The notes beneath the pieces were generated by a model. It was not told the origin of the DNA and searched no databases. It worked only from the letters and a program-made list of their open reading frames with translations. The translations under genes and the position numbers were made by a program. A DNA stretch of 64,000 nucleotides, taken from contig JAUCBJ010007417.1 in NCBI GenBank assembly GCA_032718475.1, positions 1-64,000 on the forward strand, read 5' to 3'. How positions within the stretch are numbered: the stretch's first letter is position 1; each line of letters begins with the position of its first letter. This DNA comes from Nemertoderma westbladi (lineage: Eukaryota > Animalia > Xenacoelomorpha). Shown here in pieces: positions 12,781-26,000 of the stretch.

Positions 12781-13178
12781 AATCTAGCCTATACTATACT
12801 CTGTGATTATATTACTCTTATTAAGTCCCGGTATATATTTTGGTTCATAATGAAACTATTTATATCCATCGTTATCGGGTTAATTATATCGCTATTGTTT
12901 CTTATTGCTTCTCTTTTGATACGATCAGCAGTCACATGAATTCAGTTTAGCAGATATTGGCAACATATATGCATCCCAATGTGAAATAACTTTTTACAAT
13001 CGGACAAGAGTGTCCACTGTCCATGTCCAAGCGAATATCGTTTATTGTAATTTTATTGCAATCTGAAATAGCTGCTGCGAAAACTATATTGTGGTATTAT
13101 AAAATGGTGTAAGCCTAAAAGGTGGTTACTTGAATTTGTAAAATCGAATTACCTAAGTAATTTATAATACGGTACAAT

Positions 13179-14015
13179 ATGGCTGAAGGCGATGTTAATA
13201 TCAAGGCGTTTCTTTACGCCTGGTGCGGTAAACGCAAGGTAGTTCCTCAGTACGAGATGAAATCGCACGCGGGAGGGAAAAACCGCCAGCGATTTCAGTG
13301 CGAGGTTAGAGTTCCTGGGTTCGATTACATAGCTGTCGGGAATTCCACCAGCAAAAAGGATTCCCAGACGAATGCTGCTAACGATTTCGCGCAATTCCTC
13401 GTGCGGGGCGGTTTCATGAATGCCGCAGAGGTGCCGCGTCTGGAGTTGGAGGGGAGTGGGGAGACGTATCCTCCCGTCGGAATGAAACCGGAACCGGGGG
13501 GCGGCTACCCCAACGACAACCAGCACCCCCCGCCGATGATGGGGAGGCCGAGGTTCAACCCCGGCGGAGCGCCGCATATCGATTACGCTCAACGCGATCA
13601 ACTCCGCGTCGAGGAGTCGGAGATGGTCGATCTCACAGCTAAGATTCACGGTAATTGGACGATGGAGAACGCCAAAGGAAAACTACATCAGTACCTGCAG
13701 ATGACGAAGCAGAGCAATTGCGATTACAAGTACAGTATGGTGGGGCCGGACAATTGTAGGTCTTTCGTTGCGGAGATGGGGATAATGGCTAAGGGTGTGG
13801 GACGTCGGATCCACGCCAGGGAACATGGTTCCAACAAGAAAGTAGCCTCCATGGCATGCGCTCTCAGTCTAACTAGACAACTCTACCATATAAAGGAGAT
13901 AGAAGCTTTCTCTGGAACTCTGAAGAATTTGGATAAAGAGAAGATCCCGGAATATCCGCTTAAACTTCCTGATGAAGTTTTCGCTAAGTTGACGGCTTTG
14001 GTTGATACACTGCAG
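13179..14015 (+). CDS. DHX9: DHX9 / RNA helicase A (maleless) coding exon 1: dsRBD1, linker, dsRBD2
   Basis: DVNIKAFLYAWCGKRK...GNSTSKKDSQTNAANDF and HGNWTMENAKGKLHQYLQ...EHGSNKKVASMACALSLTRQLYH match the DHX9 dsRBDs; donor CAG|GTTAAT; 837 nt, phase 0. Confidence 0.95.
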
Positions 14016-14059
14016 GTTAATATGTTTAATATATATAAATAAATAAATTATGGAATTAG

Positions 14060-17000
14060 GTCCCATTGTCTCCTCCACTACTTCTCTAATTCTATCCTCT
14101 ATCTCCCATTGTGTCCCCCACTACTTCTCTAACTCTATCCTGTATGTACCATTGTGTCCCCCACTACTTATCTAACTCTATCCTCTATCTCCCATTGTGT
14201 CCCCCACTACTTCTCTAACTCTATCCTCTATGTACCATTGTGTCCCCCACTACTTATCTAAATCTATCCTCTATCTCCCATTGTGTCCCCCACTACATAT
14301 CTAACTATCCTCTATCTCCCATTGTGCCCCCCACTACTTCTCTAACTCTATCCTCTATGTACCATTGTGTCCCCCACTACTTCTCTAACTCTATCCTCTA
14401 TGTACCATTGTGTCCCCCACTACTTCTCTAACTCTATCCTCTATCTCGCATTGTGTCCCCCACTACATATCTAACTCTATCCTCTATCTCCCATTGTGTC
14501 CCCCACTACTTCTCTAAATCTATTCTCTATCTCCCATTGTGTCCCCCACTACTTCTCTAACTCTATCCTCTATCTCCCATTGTGTCCCCCATTACTTATC
14601 TAACTCTATCCTCTATGTACCATTGTGTCCCCCACTACTTCTCTAACTCTATCCTCTATGTACCATTGTGCCCCCCACTACTTATCTAACTCTATCCTCT
14701 ATGTACCATTGTGTCCCCCACTACTTATCTAACTCTATCCTCTATCTCCCATTGTGTCCCCCACTACTTCTCTAATTCTATCCTCTATCTCCCATTGTGT
14801 CCCCCACTACTTCTCTAACTCTATCCTCTATGTACCATTGTGTCCCCCACTACTTATCTAAATCTATCCTCTATCTCCCATTGTGTCCCCCACTACATAT
14901 CTAACTATCCTCTATCTCCCATTGTGCCCCCCACTACTTCTCTAACTCTATCCTCTATGTACCATTGTGTCCCCCACTACTTCTCTAACTCTATCCTCTA
15001 TCTCCCATTGTGTCCCCCACTACATATTTAACTCTATCCTCTATATCCCATTGTGTCCCCCACTACTTCTCTAACTCTATCCTCTATGTACCATTGTGTC
15101 CCCCACTACTTATCTAAATCTATTCTCTATCTCCCATTGTGCCCCCCACTACTTCTCTAACTCTATCCTCTATGTACCATTGTGTCCCCCACTACTTCTC
15201 TAACTCTATCCTCTATCTCGCATTGTGTCCCCCACTACATATCTAACTCTATCCTCTATCTCCCATTGTGTCCCCCACTACTTCTCTAACTCTATCCTCT
15301 ATGTACCATTGTGTCCCCCACTACTTTTCTAACTCTATCCTCTATCTCCCATTCTGTCCCCCACTACTTATCTAACTCTATCCTCTATCTCCCATTGTGT
15401 ACCCCACTACTTCTCTATCTCTATCCTCTATGTACCATTGTGTCCCCCACTACTTTTCTAACTCTATCCTCTATATCCCATTGTGTCCCCCACTACTTCT
15501 CTAACTCTATCCTCTATCTCCCATTGTGTCCCCCATTACTTATCTAACTCTATCCTCTATGTACCATTGTGTCCCCCACTACTTCTCTAACTCTATCCTC
15601 TATGTACCATTGTGTCCACCACTACTTATCTAACTCTATCCTCTATCTCCCATTGTGTCCCACACTACTTATCTAACTCTATCCTCTATCTCCAATTGTG
15701 TCCCCCACTACTTCTCTAACTCTATCCTCTATGTACCATTGTGTCCCCCACTACTTATCTAACTCTATCCTCTATCTCCCATTGTGTCCCCCACTACTTC
15801 TCTAATTCTATCCTCTATCTCCCATTGTGTCCCCCACTACTTCTCTAACTCTATCCTCTATGTACCATTGTGTCCCCCACTACTTATCTAACTCTATCCT
15901 CTATCTCCCATTGTGTCCCCCACTACTTCTCTAACTCTATCCTCTATGTACCATTGTGTCCCACACTACTTCTCTAACTCTATCCTCTATGTACCATTGT
16001 GTCCCCCACTACTTCTCTAACTCTATCCTCTATGTACCATTGTGTCCCACACTACTTATATAACTCTATCCTCTATGTACCATTTTGTCCCCCACTACTT
16101 CTCTAACTCTATCCTCTATGTACCATTGTGTCCCCCACTACTTCTCTAACTCTATCCTCTATCTCCCATTGTGTCCCACACTACTTATCTAACTCTATCC
16201 TCTATCTCCAATTGTGTCCCCCACTACTTCTCTAACTCTATCCTCTAAGTACCATTGTGTCCCCCACTACTTATCTAACTCTATCCTCTATCTCCCATTG
16301 TGTCCCCCACTACTTCTCTAACTATATCCTCTATCTCCAATTGTGTCCCCCACTACTTATCTAACTCTATCCTCTATCTCCAATTGTTTCCCCCACTATA
16401 TACTTCTCTAACTCTATCCTCTATGTACCATTGTGTCCCCCACTACTTATCTTACTCTATCCTCTATCTCCCATTGTGTCCCACACTACTTATCTAACTC
16501 TATCCTCTATCTCCAATTGTGTCCCCCACTACTTCTCTAACTCTATCCTCTATGTACCATTGTGTCCCCCACTACTTCTCTAACTCTATCCTCTATCTCC
16601 CATTGCGTCCCCCACTACTTCTCTAACTCTATCCTCTATCTCCCATTGTGTCCCCCACTACTTCTCTAACTCTATCCTCTATATCCCATTGTGTCCCCCA
16701 CTACTTCTCTAACTCTATCCTCTATCTCCCATTGTGTCCCCCACTACTTCTCTAACTCTATCCTCTATCTCCCATTGTGTCCCCCACTACTTCTCTAACT
16801 CTATCCTCTATCTCCCATTGCGTCCCCCACTACTTCTCTAACTCTATCCTCTATGTACCATTGTGTCCCCCACTACTTCTCTAACTCTATCCTCTATCTC
16901 CCATTGTGTCCCCCCTACTTCTCTAACTCTATCCTCCATGTACCATTGTGTCCCCACTACTTTTCTAACTCTATCCTCTATCTCCCATTGTGTCCCCCAC

Positions 17001-20000
17001 TACTTCTCTAACTCTATCCTCTATGTACCATTGTGTCCCCCACTACTTCTCTAACTCTATCCTCTATCTCCCATTGTGTCCCCCACTACTTATCTAACTC
17101 TATCCTCTATGTACCATTGTGCCCCCACTACTTCTCTAACTCTATCCTCAATCTCCCATTGTGTCCCCCACTACTTCTCTAACTCTATCCTCTATCTCCC
17201 ATTGTGTCCCCCACTACTTCTCTAACTCCATCCTCTATCTCCCATTGTGTCCCCCACTACTTCTCTAATTCTATCCTCTATGTACCATTGTGTCCCCCAC
17301 TACTTCTCTAACTCTATCCTCTATCTCCCATTGTGTCCCCCACTTCTTATCTAACTCTATCCTCTATCTCCCATTGTGTCCCCCACTACTTCTCTAACTC
17401 TATCCTCTATGTACCATTGTGTCCCCCACTACTTATCTAAATCTATCCTCTATCTCCCATTGTGTCCCCCACTACTTCTCTAACTATATCCTCTATCTCC
17501 CATTGTGTCCCCCACTACTTCTCGAAATCTATCCCCCCGCTCCCATTACGTCCCCCACTACTTCTCTAACTCTATCCTCTATGTACCATTGTGTCCCCCA
17601 CTACTTATCTAAATCTATCCTCTATCTCCCATTGTGTCCCCCACTACTTCTCTAACTCTATCCTCTATCTCCCATTGTGTCCCCCACTACTTCTCGAAAT
17701 CTATCCCCCCGCTCTAATTACGTCCCCCACTACTTCTCTAACTCTATCCTCTATGTACCATTGTGTCCCCCAATACTTATCTAAATCTATCCTCTATCTC
17801 CCATTGTGTCCCCCACTACTTCTCTAACTCTATCCTCTATCTCCCATTGTGTCCCCCACTACTTCTCAAAATCTATCCCCCCGCTCCCATTACGTCCCCC
17901 ACTACTTCTCTAACTCTATCCTCTATGTACCATTGTGTCCCCCACTACTTATCTAAATCTATCCTCTATCTCCCATTGTGTCCCCCACTACTTCTCGAAA
18001 TCTATCCCCCCGCTCCCATTACGTCCCCCACTACTTCTCTAACTCTATCCTCTATGTACCATTGTGTCCCTCACTACTTATCTAAATCTATCCTCTATCT
18101 CCCATTGCGTCCCCCACTACTTCTCTAACTCTATCCTCTATGTACCATTGTGTCCCCCACTACTTCTCTAACTCTATCCTCTATGTACCATTGTGTCCCC
18201 CACTACTTCTCGAAATCTATCCCCTCGCTCCCATTACGTCCCCCACTACTTCTCTAACTCTATCCTCTATGTACCATTGTGTCCCCCACTACTTATCTAA
18301 CTCTATCCTCTATCTCCCATTGCGTCCCCCACTACTTATCTAACTCTATCCTCTATGTACCATTGTGTCCCCCACTACTTATCTAAATCTATCCTCTATC
18401 TCCCATTGTGTCCCCCACTACTTCTCTAACTATATCCTCTATCTCCCATTGTGTCCCCCACTACTTCTCGAAATCTATCCCCCCGCTCCCATTACGTCCC
18501 CCACTACTTCTCTAACTCTATCCTCTATGTACCATTGTGTCCCCCACTACTTATCTAAATCTATCCTCTATCTCCCATTGTGTCCCCCACTACTTCTCTA
18601 ACTCTATCCTCTATCTCCCATTGTGTCCCCCACTACTTCTCGAAATCTATCCCACCGCTCCCATTACGTCCCCCACTACTCCTCTAACTCTATCCTCTAT
18701 GTACCATTGTGTCCCCCACTACTTATCTAAATCTATCCTCTATCTCCCATTGTGTCCCCCACTACTTCTCGAAATCTATCCCCCCGCTCCTTTTACGTCC
18801 CCCACTACTTCTCTAACTCTATCCTCTATGTACCATTGTGTCCCCCACTACTTATCTAAATCTATCCTCTATCTCCCATTGCGTCCCCCACTACTTCTCT
18901 AACTCTATCCTCTATGTACCATTGTGTCCCCCACTACTTCTCTAACTCTATCCTCTATCTCCAATTGCGTCCCCCACTACTTCTCTAACTCTATCCTCTA
19001 TGTACCATTGTGTCCCCCACTACTTCTCTAACTCTATCCTCTATCTCCCATTGCGTCCCCCACTACTTCTCTAACTCTATCCTCTATGTACCATTGTGTC
19101 CCCCACTACTTCTCTAACTCTATCCTCTATCTCCAATTGCGTCCCCCACTACTTCTCTAACTCTATCCTCTATGTACCATTGTGTCCCCCACTACTTCTC
19201 TAACTCTATCCTCTATCTCCCATTGCGTCCCCCACTACTTCTCTAACTCTATCCTCTATGTACCATTGTGTCCCCAACTACTTCTCTAACTCTATCCTCT
19301 ATGTACCATTGTGTCCCCCACTACTTATCTAACTCTATCCTCTATGTACCATTGTGTCCCCCACTACTTATCTAACTCTATCCTCTATGTACCATTGTGT
19401 CTCCCACTACTTATCTAACTCTATCCTCTATGTACCATTGTGTCCCCCACTACTTATCTAACTCTATCCTCTATGTACCATTGTGTCTCCCACTACTTCT
19501 CTAACTCTATCCTCTATCTCCCATTGTGTCCCCCACTACTTCTCTAACTCTATCCTCTATGTACCATTGTGTCTCCCACTACTTATCTAACTCTATATCT
19601 CCCATTGTGTCCCCCACTACTTACCTAACTCTATCCTCTATGTACCATTGTGTCCCCCACTACTTCTCTAACTCTATCCTCTATCTCCCATTGTGTCCCC
19701 CACTACTTCTCTAACTCTATCCTCTATCTCCCATTGTGTCCCCCACTACTTCTCGAAATCTATCCCCCCACTCCCATTACATCCCCCACTACTTCTCTAA
19801 CTCTATCCTCTATGTACCATTGTGCCCCCCACTACTTCTCTAACTCTATCCTCTATCTCCCATTGTGTCCCCCACTACTTCTCTAACTCTATCCTCTATC
19901 TCCCATTGTGTCCCACACTACTTATCTAAATCTATCCTCTATCTCCCATTGTGTCCCCCACTACTTCTCTAACTCTATCCTCTATCTCCCATTGTGTCCC

Positions 20001-23000
20001 CCACTACTTATCTAAATCTATCCTCTATCTCCCATTGTGTCCCCCACTACTTCTCGAAATCTATCCCCCCGCTCCCATTACGTCCCCCACTACTTCTCTA
20101 CCTCTATCCTCTATGTACCATTGTGTCCCCCACTACTTATCTAACTCTATCCTCTATGTACCATTGTGTCCCCCACTACTTCTCGAAATCTATCCCCCCG
20201 CTCCCATTACGTCCCCCACTACTTCTCTACCTCTATCCTCTATGTACCATTGTGTCCCCCACTACTTATCTAACTCTATCCTCTATGTACCATTGTGTCT
20301 CCCACTACTTATCTAACTCTATATCTCCCATTGTGTCCCCCACTACTTCTCTAACTCCATCCTCTATCTCCCATTGTGTCCCCCACTACTTCTCTAATTC
20401 TATCCTCTATGTACCATTGTGTCCCCCACTACTTCTCTAACTCTATCCTCTATCTCCCATTGTGTCCCCCACTTCTTATCTAACTCTATCCTCTATCTCC
20501 CATTGTGTCCCCCACTACTTCTCTAACTCTATCCTCTATGTACCATTGTGTCCCCCACTACTTATCTAAATCTATCCTCTATCTCCCATTGTGTCCCCCA
20601 CTACTTCTCTAACTATATCCTCTATCTCCCATTGTGTCCCCCACTACTTCTCGAAATCTATCCCCCCGCTCCCATTACGTCCCCCACTACTTCTCTAACT
20701 CTATCCTCTATGTACCATTGTGTCCCCCACTACTTATCTAAATCTATCCTCTATCTCCCATTGTGTCCCCCACTACTTCTCTAACTCTATCCTCTATCTC
20801 CCATTGTGTCCCCCACTACTTCTCGAAATCTATCCCCCCGCTCTAATTACGTCCCCCACTACTTCTCTAACTCTATCCTCTATGTACCATTGTGTCCCCC
20901 AATACTTATCTAAATCTATCCTCTATCTCCCATTGTGTCCCCCACTACTTCTCTAACTCTATCCTCTATCTCCCATTGTGTCCCCCACTACTTCTCAAAA
21001 TCTATCCCCCCGCTCCCATTACGTCCCCCACTACTTCTCTAACTCTATCCTCTATGTACCATTGTGTCCCCCACTACTTATCTAAATCTATCCTCTATCT
21101 CCCATTGTGTCCCCCACTACTTCTCGAAATCTATCCTCTATCTCCCATTGCGTCCCCCACTACTTCTCTAACTCTATCCTCTATGTACCATTGTGTCCCC
21201 CACTACTTCTCTAACTCTATCCTCTATGTACCATTGTGTCCCCCACTACTTCTCTAACTCTATCCTCTATGTACCATTGTGTCCCCCACTACTTCTCTAA
21301 CTCTATCCTCTATCTCCCATTGTGTCCCCCACTACTTATCTAAATCTATCCCCTCGCTCCCATTACGTCCCCCACTACTTCTCTAATTCTATCCTCTAAG
21401 TACCATTGTGTCCCCCACTACTTCTCTAACTCTATCCTCTATGTACCATTGTGTCCCCCACTACTTATCTAACTCTATCCTCTATCTCCCATTGCGTCCC
21501 CCACTACTTATCTAAATCTATCCCCTCGCTCCCATTACGTCCCCCACTACTTCTCTAATTCTATCCTCTAAGTACCATTGTGTCCCCCACTACTTCTCTA
21601 ACTCTATCCTCTATGTACCATTGTGTCCCCCACTACTTCTCTAACTCTATCCTCTATGTACCATTGTGTCCCCCACTACTTCTCTAACTCTATCCTCTAT
21701 GTACCATTGTGTCCCCCACTACTTATCTAACTCTATCCTCTATCTCCCATTGCGTCCCCCACTACTTATCTAACTCTATCCTCTATGTACCATTGTGTCC
21801 CCCACTACTTATCTAAATCTATCCTCTATCTCCCATTGTGTCCCCCACTACTTCTCTAACTATATCCTCTATCTCCCATTGTGTCCCCCACTACTTCTCG
21901 AAATCTATCCCCCCGCTCCCATTACGTCCCCCACTACTTCTCTAACTCTATCCTCTATGTACCATTGTGTCCCCCACTACTTATCTAAATCTATCCTCTA
22001 TCTCCCATTGTGTCCCCCACTACTTCTCTAACTCTATCCTCTATCTCCCATTGTGTCCCCCACTACTTCTCGAAATCTATCCCACCGCTCCCATTACGTC
22101 CCCCACTACTTCTCTAACTCTATCCTCTATGTACCATTGTGTCCCCCACTACTTATCTAAATCTATCCTCTATCTCCCATTGTGTCCCCCACTACTTCTC
22201 GAAATCTATCCCCCCGCTCCTTTTACGTCCCCCACTACTTCTCTAACTCTATCCTCTATGTACCATTGTGTCCCCCACTACTTATCTAAATCTATCCTCT
22301 ATCTCCCTTTGCGTCCCCCACTACTTCTCTAACTCTATCCTCTATGTACCATTGTGTCCCCCACTACTTCTCTAACTCTATCCTCTATCTCCAATTGCGT
22401 CCCCCACTACTTCTCTAACTCTATCCTCTATGTACCATTGTGTCCCCCACTACTTATCTAACTCTATCCTCTATCTCCCATTGCGTCCCCCACTACTTCT
22501 CTAACTCTATCCTCTATGTACCATTGTGTCCCCCACTACTTCTCTAACTCTATCCTCTATGTACCATTGTGTCCCCCACTACTTATCTAACTCTATCCTC
22601 TATGTACCATTGTGTCCCCCACTACTTATCTAACTCTATCCTCTATGTACCATTGTGTCTCCCACTACTTATCTAACTCTATATCTCCCATTGCGTCCCC
22701 CACTACTTCTCTAACTCTATCCTCTATGTACCATTGTGTCCCCCACTACTTCTCTAACTCTATCCTCTATGTACCATTGTGTCCCCCACTACTTATCTAA
22801 CTCTATCCTCTATGTACCATTGTGTCCCCCACTACTTCTCTAACTCTATCCTCTATGTACCATTGTGTCCCCCACTACTTCTCTAACTCTATCCTCTATC
22901 TCCAATTGCGTCCCCCACTACTTCTCTAACTCTATCCTCTATGTACCATTGTGTCCCCCACTACTTCTCTAACTCTATCCTCTATCTCCCATTGTGTCCC

Positions 23001-26000
23001 CCACTACTTCTCTAACTCTATCCTCTATGTACCATTGTGTCCCCCACTACTTATCTAAATCTATCCTCTATCTCCCATTGTGTCCCCCACTACTTCTCTA
23101 ACTATATCCTCTATCTCCCATTGTGTCCCCCACTACTTCTCGAAATCTATCCCCCCGCTCCCATTACGTCCCCCACTACTTCTCTAACTCTATCCTCTAT
23201 GTACCATTGTGTCCCCCACTACTTATCTAAATCTATCCTCTATCTCCCATTGTGTCCCCCACTACTTCTCTAACTCTATCCTCTATCTCCCATTGTGTCC
23301 CCCACTACTTCTCGAAATCTATCCCACCGCTCCCATTACGTCCCCCACTACTCCTCTAACTCTATCCTCTATGTACCATTGTGTCCCCCACTACTTATCT
23401 AAATCTATCCTCTATCTCCCATTGTGTCCCCCACTACTTCTCGAAATCTATCCCCCCGCTCCTTTTACGTCCCCCACTACTTCTCTAACTCTATCCTCTA
23501 TGTACCATTGTGTCCCCCACTACTTATCTAAATCTATCCTCTATCTCCCATTGCGTCCCCCACTACTTCTCTAACTCTATCCTCTATGTACCATTGTGTC
23601 CCCCACTACTTCTCTAACTCTATCCTCTATCTCCAATTGCGTCCCCCACTACTTCTCTAACTCTATCCTCTATGTACCATTGTGTCCCCCACTACTTCTC
23701 TAACTCTATCCTCTATCTCCCATTGCGTCCCCCACTACTTCTCTAACTCTATCCTCTATGTACCATTGTGTCCCCCACTACTTCTCTAACTCTATCCTCT
23801 ATCTCCAATTGCGTCCCCCACTACTTCTCTAACTCTATCCTCTATGTACCATTGTGTCCCCCACTACTTCTCTAACTCTATCCTCTATCTCCCATTGCGT
23901 CCCCCACTACTTCTCTAACTCTATCCTCTATGTACCATTGTGTCCCCCACTACTTCTCTAACTCTATCCTCTATGTACCATTGTGTCCCCCACTACTTAT
24001 CTAACTCTATCCTCTATGTACCATTGTGTCCCCCACTACTTATCTAACTCTATCCTCTATGTACCATTGTGTCTCCCACTACTTATCTAACTCTATCCTC
24101 TATGTACCATTGTGTCCCCCACTACTTATCTAACTCTATCCTCTATGTACCATTGTGTCTCCCACTACTTCTCTAACTCTATCCTCTATCTCCCATTGTG
24201 TCCCCCACTACTTCTCTAACTCTATCCTCTATGTACCATTGTGTCTCCCACTACTTATCTAACTCTATATCTCCCATTGTGTCCCCCACTACTTACCTAA
24301 CTCTATCCTCTATGTACCATTGTGTCCCCCACTACTTCTCTAACTCTATCCTCTATCTCCCATTGTGTCCCCCACTACTTCTCTAACTCTATCCTCTATC
24401 TCCCATTGTGTCCCCCACTACTTCTCGAAATCTATCCCCCCACTCCCATTACATCCCCCACTACTTCTCTAACTCTATCCTCTATGTACCATTGTGCCCC
24501 CCACTACTTCTCTAACTCTATCCTCTATCTCCCATTGTGTCCCCCACTACTTCTCTAACTCTATCCTCTATCTCCCATTGTGTCCCCCACTACTTCTCGA
24601 AATCTATCCCCCCGCTCCCATTACGTCCCCCACTACTTCTCTAACTCTATCCTCTATGTACCATTGTGTCCCCCACTACTTATCTAACTCTATCCTCTAT
24701 CTCCCATTGTGTCCCCCACTACTTCTCGAAATCTATCCCCCCGCTCCCATTACGTCCCCCACTACTTCTCTACCTCTATCCTCTATGTACCATTGTGTCC
24801 CCCACTACTTATCTAACTCTATCCTCTATGTACCATTGTGTCTCCCACTACTTATCTAACTCTATATCTCCCATTGTGTCCCCCACTACTTCTCTAACTC
24901 TATCCTCTATCTCCCATTGTGTCCCCCACTACTTCTCGAAATCTATCCCCCCGCTCCCATTACGTCCCCCACTACTTCTCTAACTCTATCCTCTATGTAC
25001 CATTGTGTCCCCCACTACTTATCTAACTCTATCCTCTATCTCCCATTGTGTCCCCCACTACTTCTCTAACTCTATCCTCTATCTCCCATTGTGTCCCCCA
25101 CTACTTCTCGAAATCTATCCCCCCGCTCCCATTACGTCCCCCACTACTTCTCTAACTCTATCCTCTATGTACCATTGTGTCCCCCACTACTTCTCTAAAT
25201 CTATCCTCTATCTCCCATTGTGTCCCCCACTACTTCTCGAAATCTATCCCCCCGCTCCCATTACGTCCCCCACTACTTCTCTAACTCTATCCTCTATGTA
25301 CCATTGTGTCCCCCACTACTTATCTAAATCTATCCTCTATCTCCCATTGTGTCCCCCACTACTTCTCTAACTCTATCCTCTATGTACCATTGTGTCCCCC
25401 ACTACTTCTCTAACTCTATCCTCTATGTACCATTGTGTCCCCCACTACTTCTCTAACTCTATCCTCTATGTCCCATTGTGTCCCCCACTACTTCTCTAAC
25501 TCTATCCTCTATCTCCCATTGCGTCCCCCACTACTTATCTAACTCTATCCTCTATGTACCATTGTGTCCCCCACTACTTATCTAAATCTATCCTCTATCT
25601 CCCATTGTGTCCCCCACTACTTCTCTAACTATATCCTCTATCTCCCATTGTGTCCCCCACTACTTCTCGAAATCTATCCCCCCGCTCCCATTACGTCCCC
25701 CACTACTTCTCTAACTCTATCCTCTATGTACCATTGTGTCCCCCACTACTTATCTAAATCTATCCTCTATCTCCCATTGTGTCCCCCACTACTTCTCTAA
25801 CTCTATCCTCTATCTCCCATTGTGTCCCCCACTACTTCTCGAAATCTATCCCACCGCTCCCATTACGTCCCCCACTACTTCTCTAACTCTATCCTCTATG
25901 TACCATTGTGTCCCCCACTACTTATCTAAATCTATCCTCTATCTCCCATTGTGTCCCCCACTACTTCTCGAAATCTATCCCCCCGCTCCTTTTACGTCCC

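Noticed and set aside
12180-12970. Repeated tggcaac motifs as a DHX9 promoter (RFX-like sites)
   Set aside because: The transcription start is unknown, and the motifs could equally be transposon terminal remnants.
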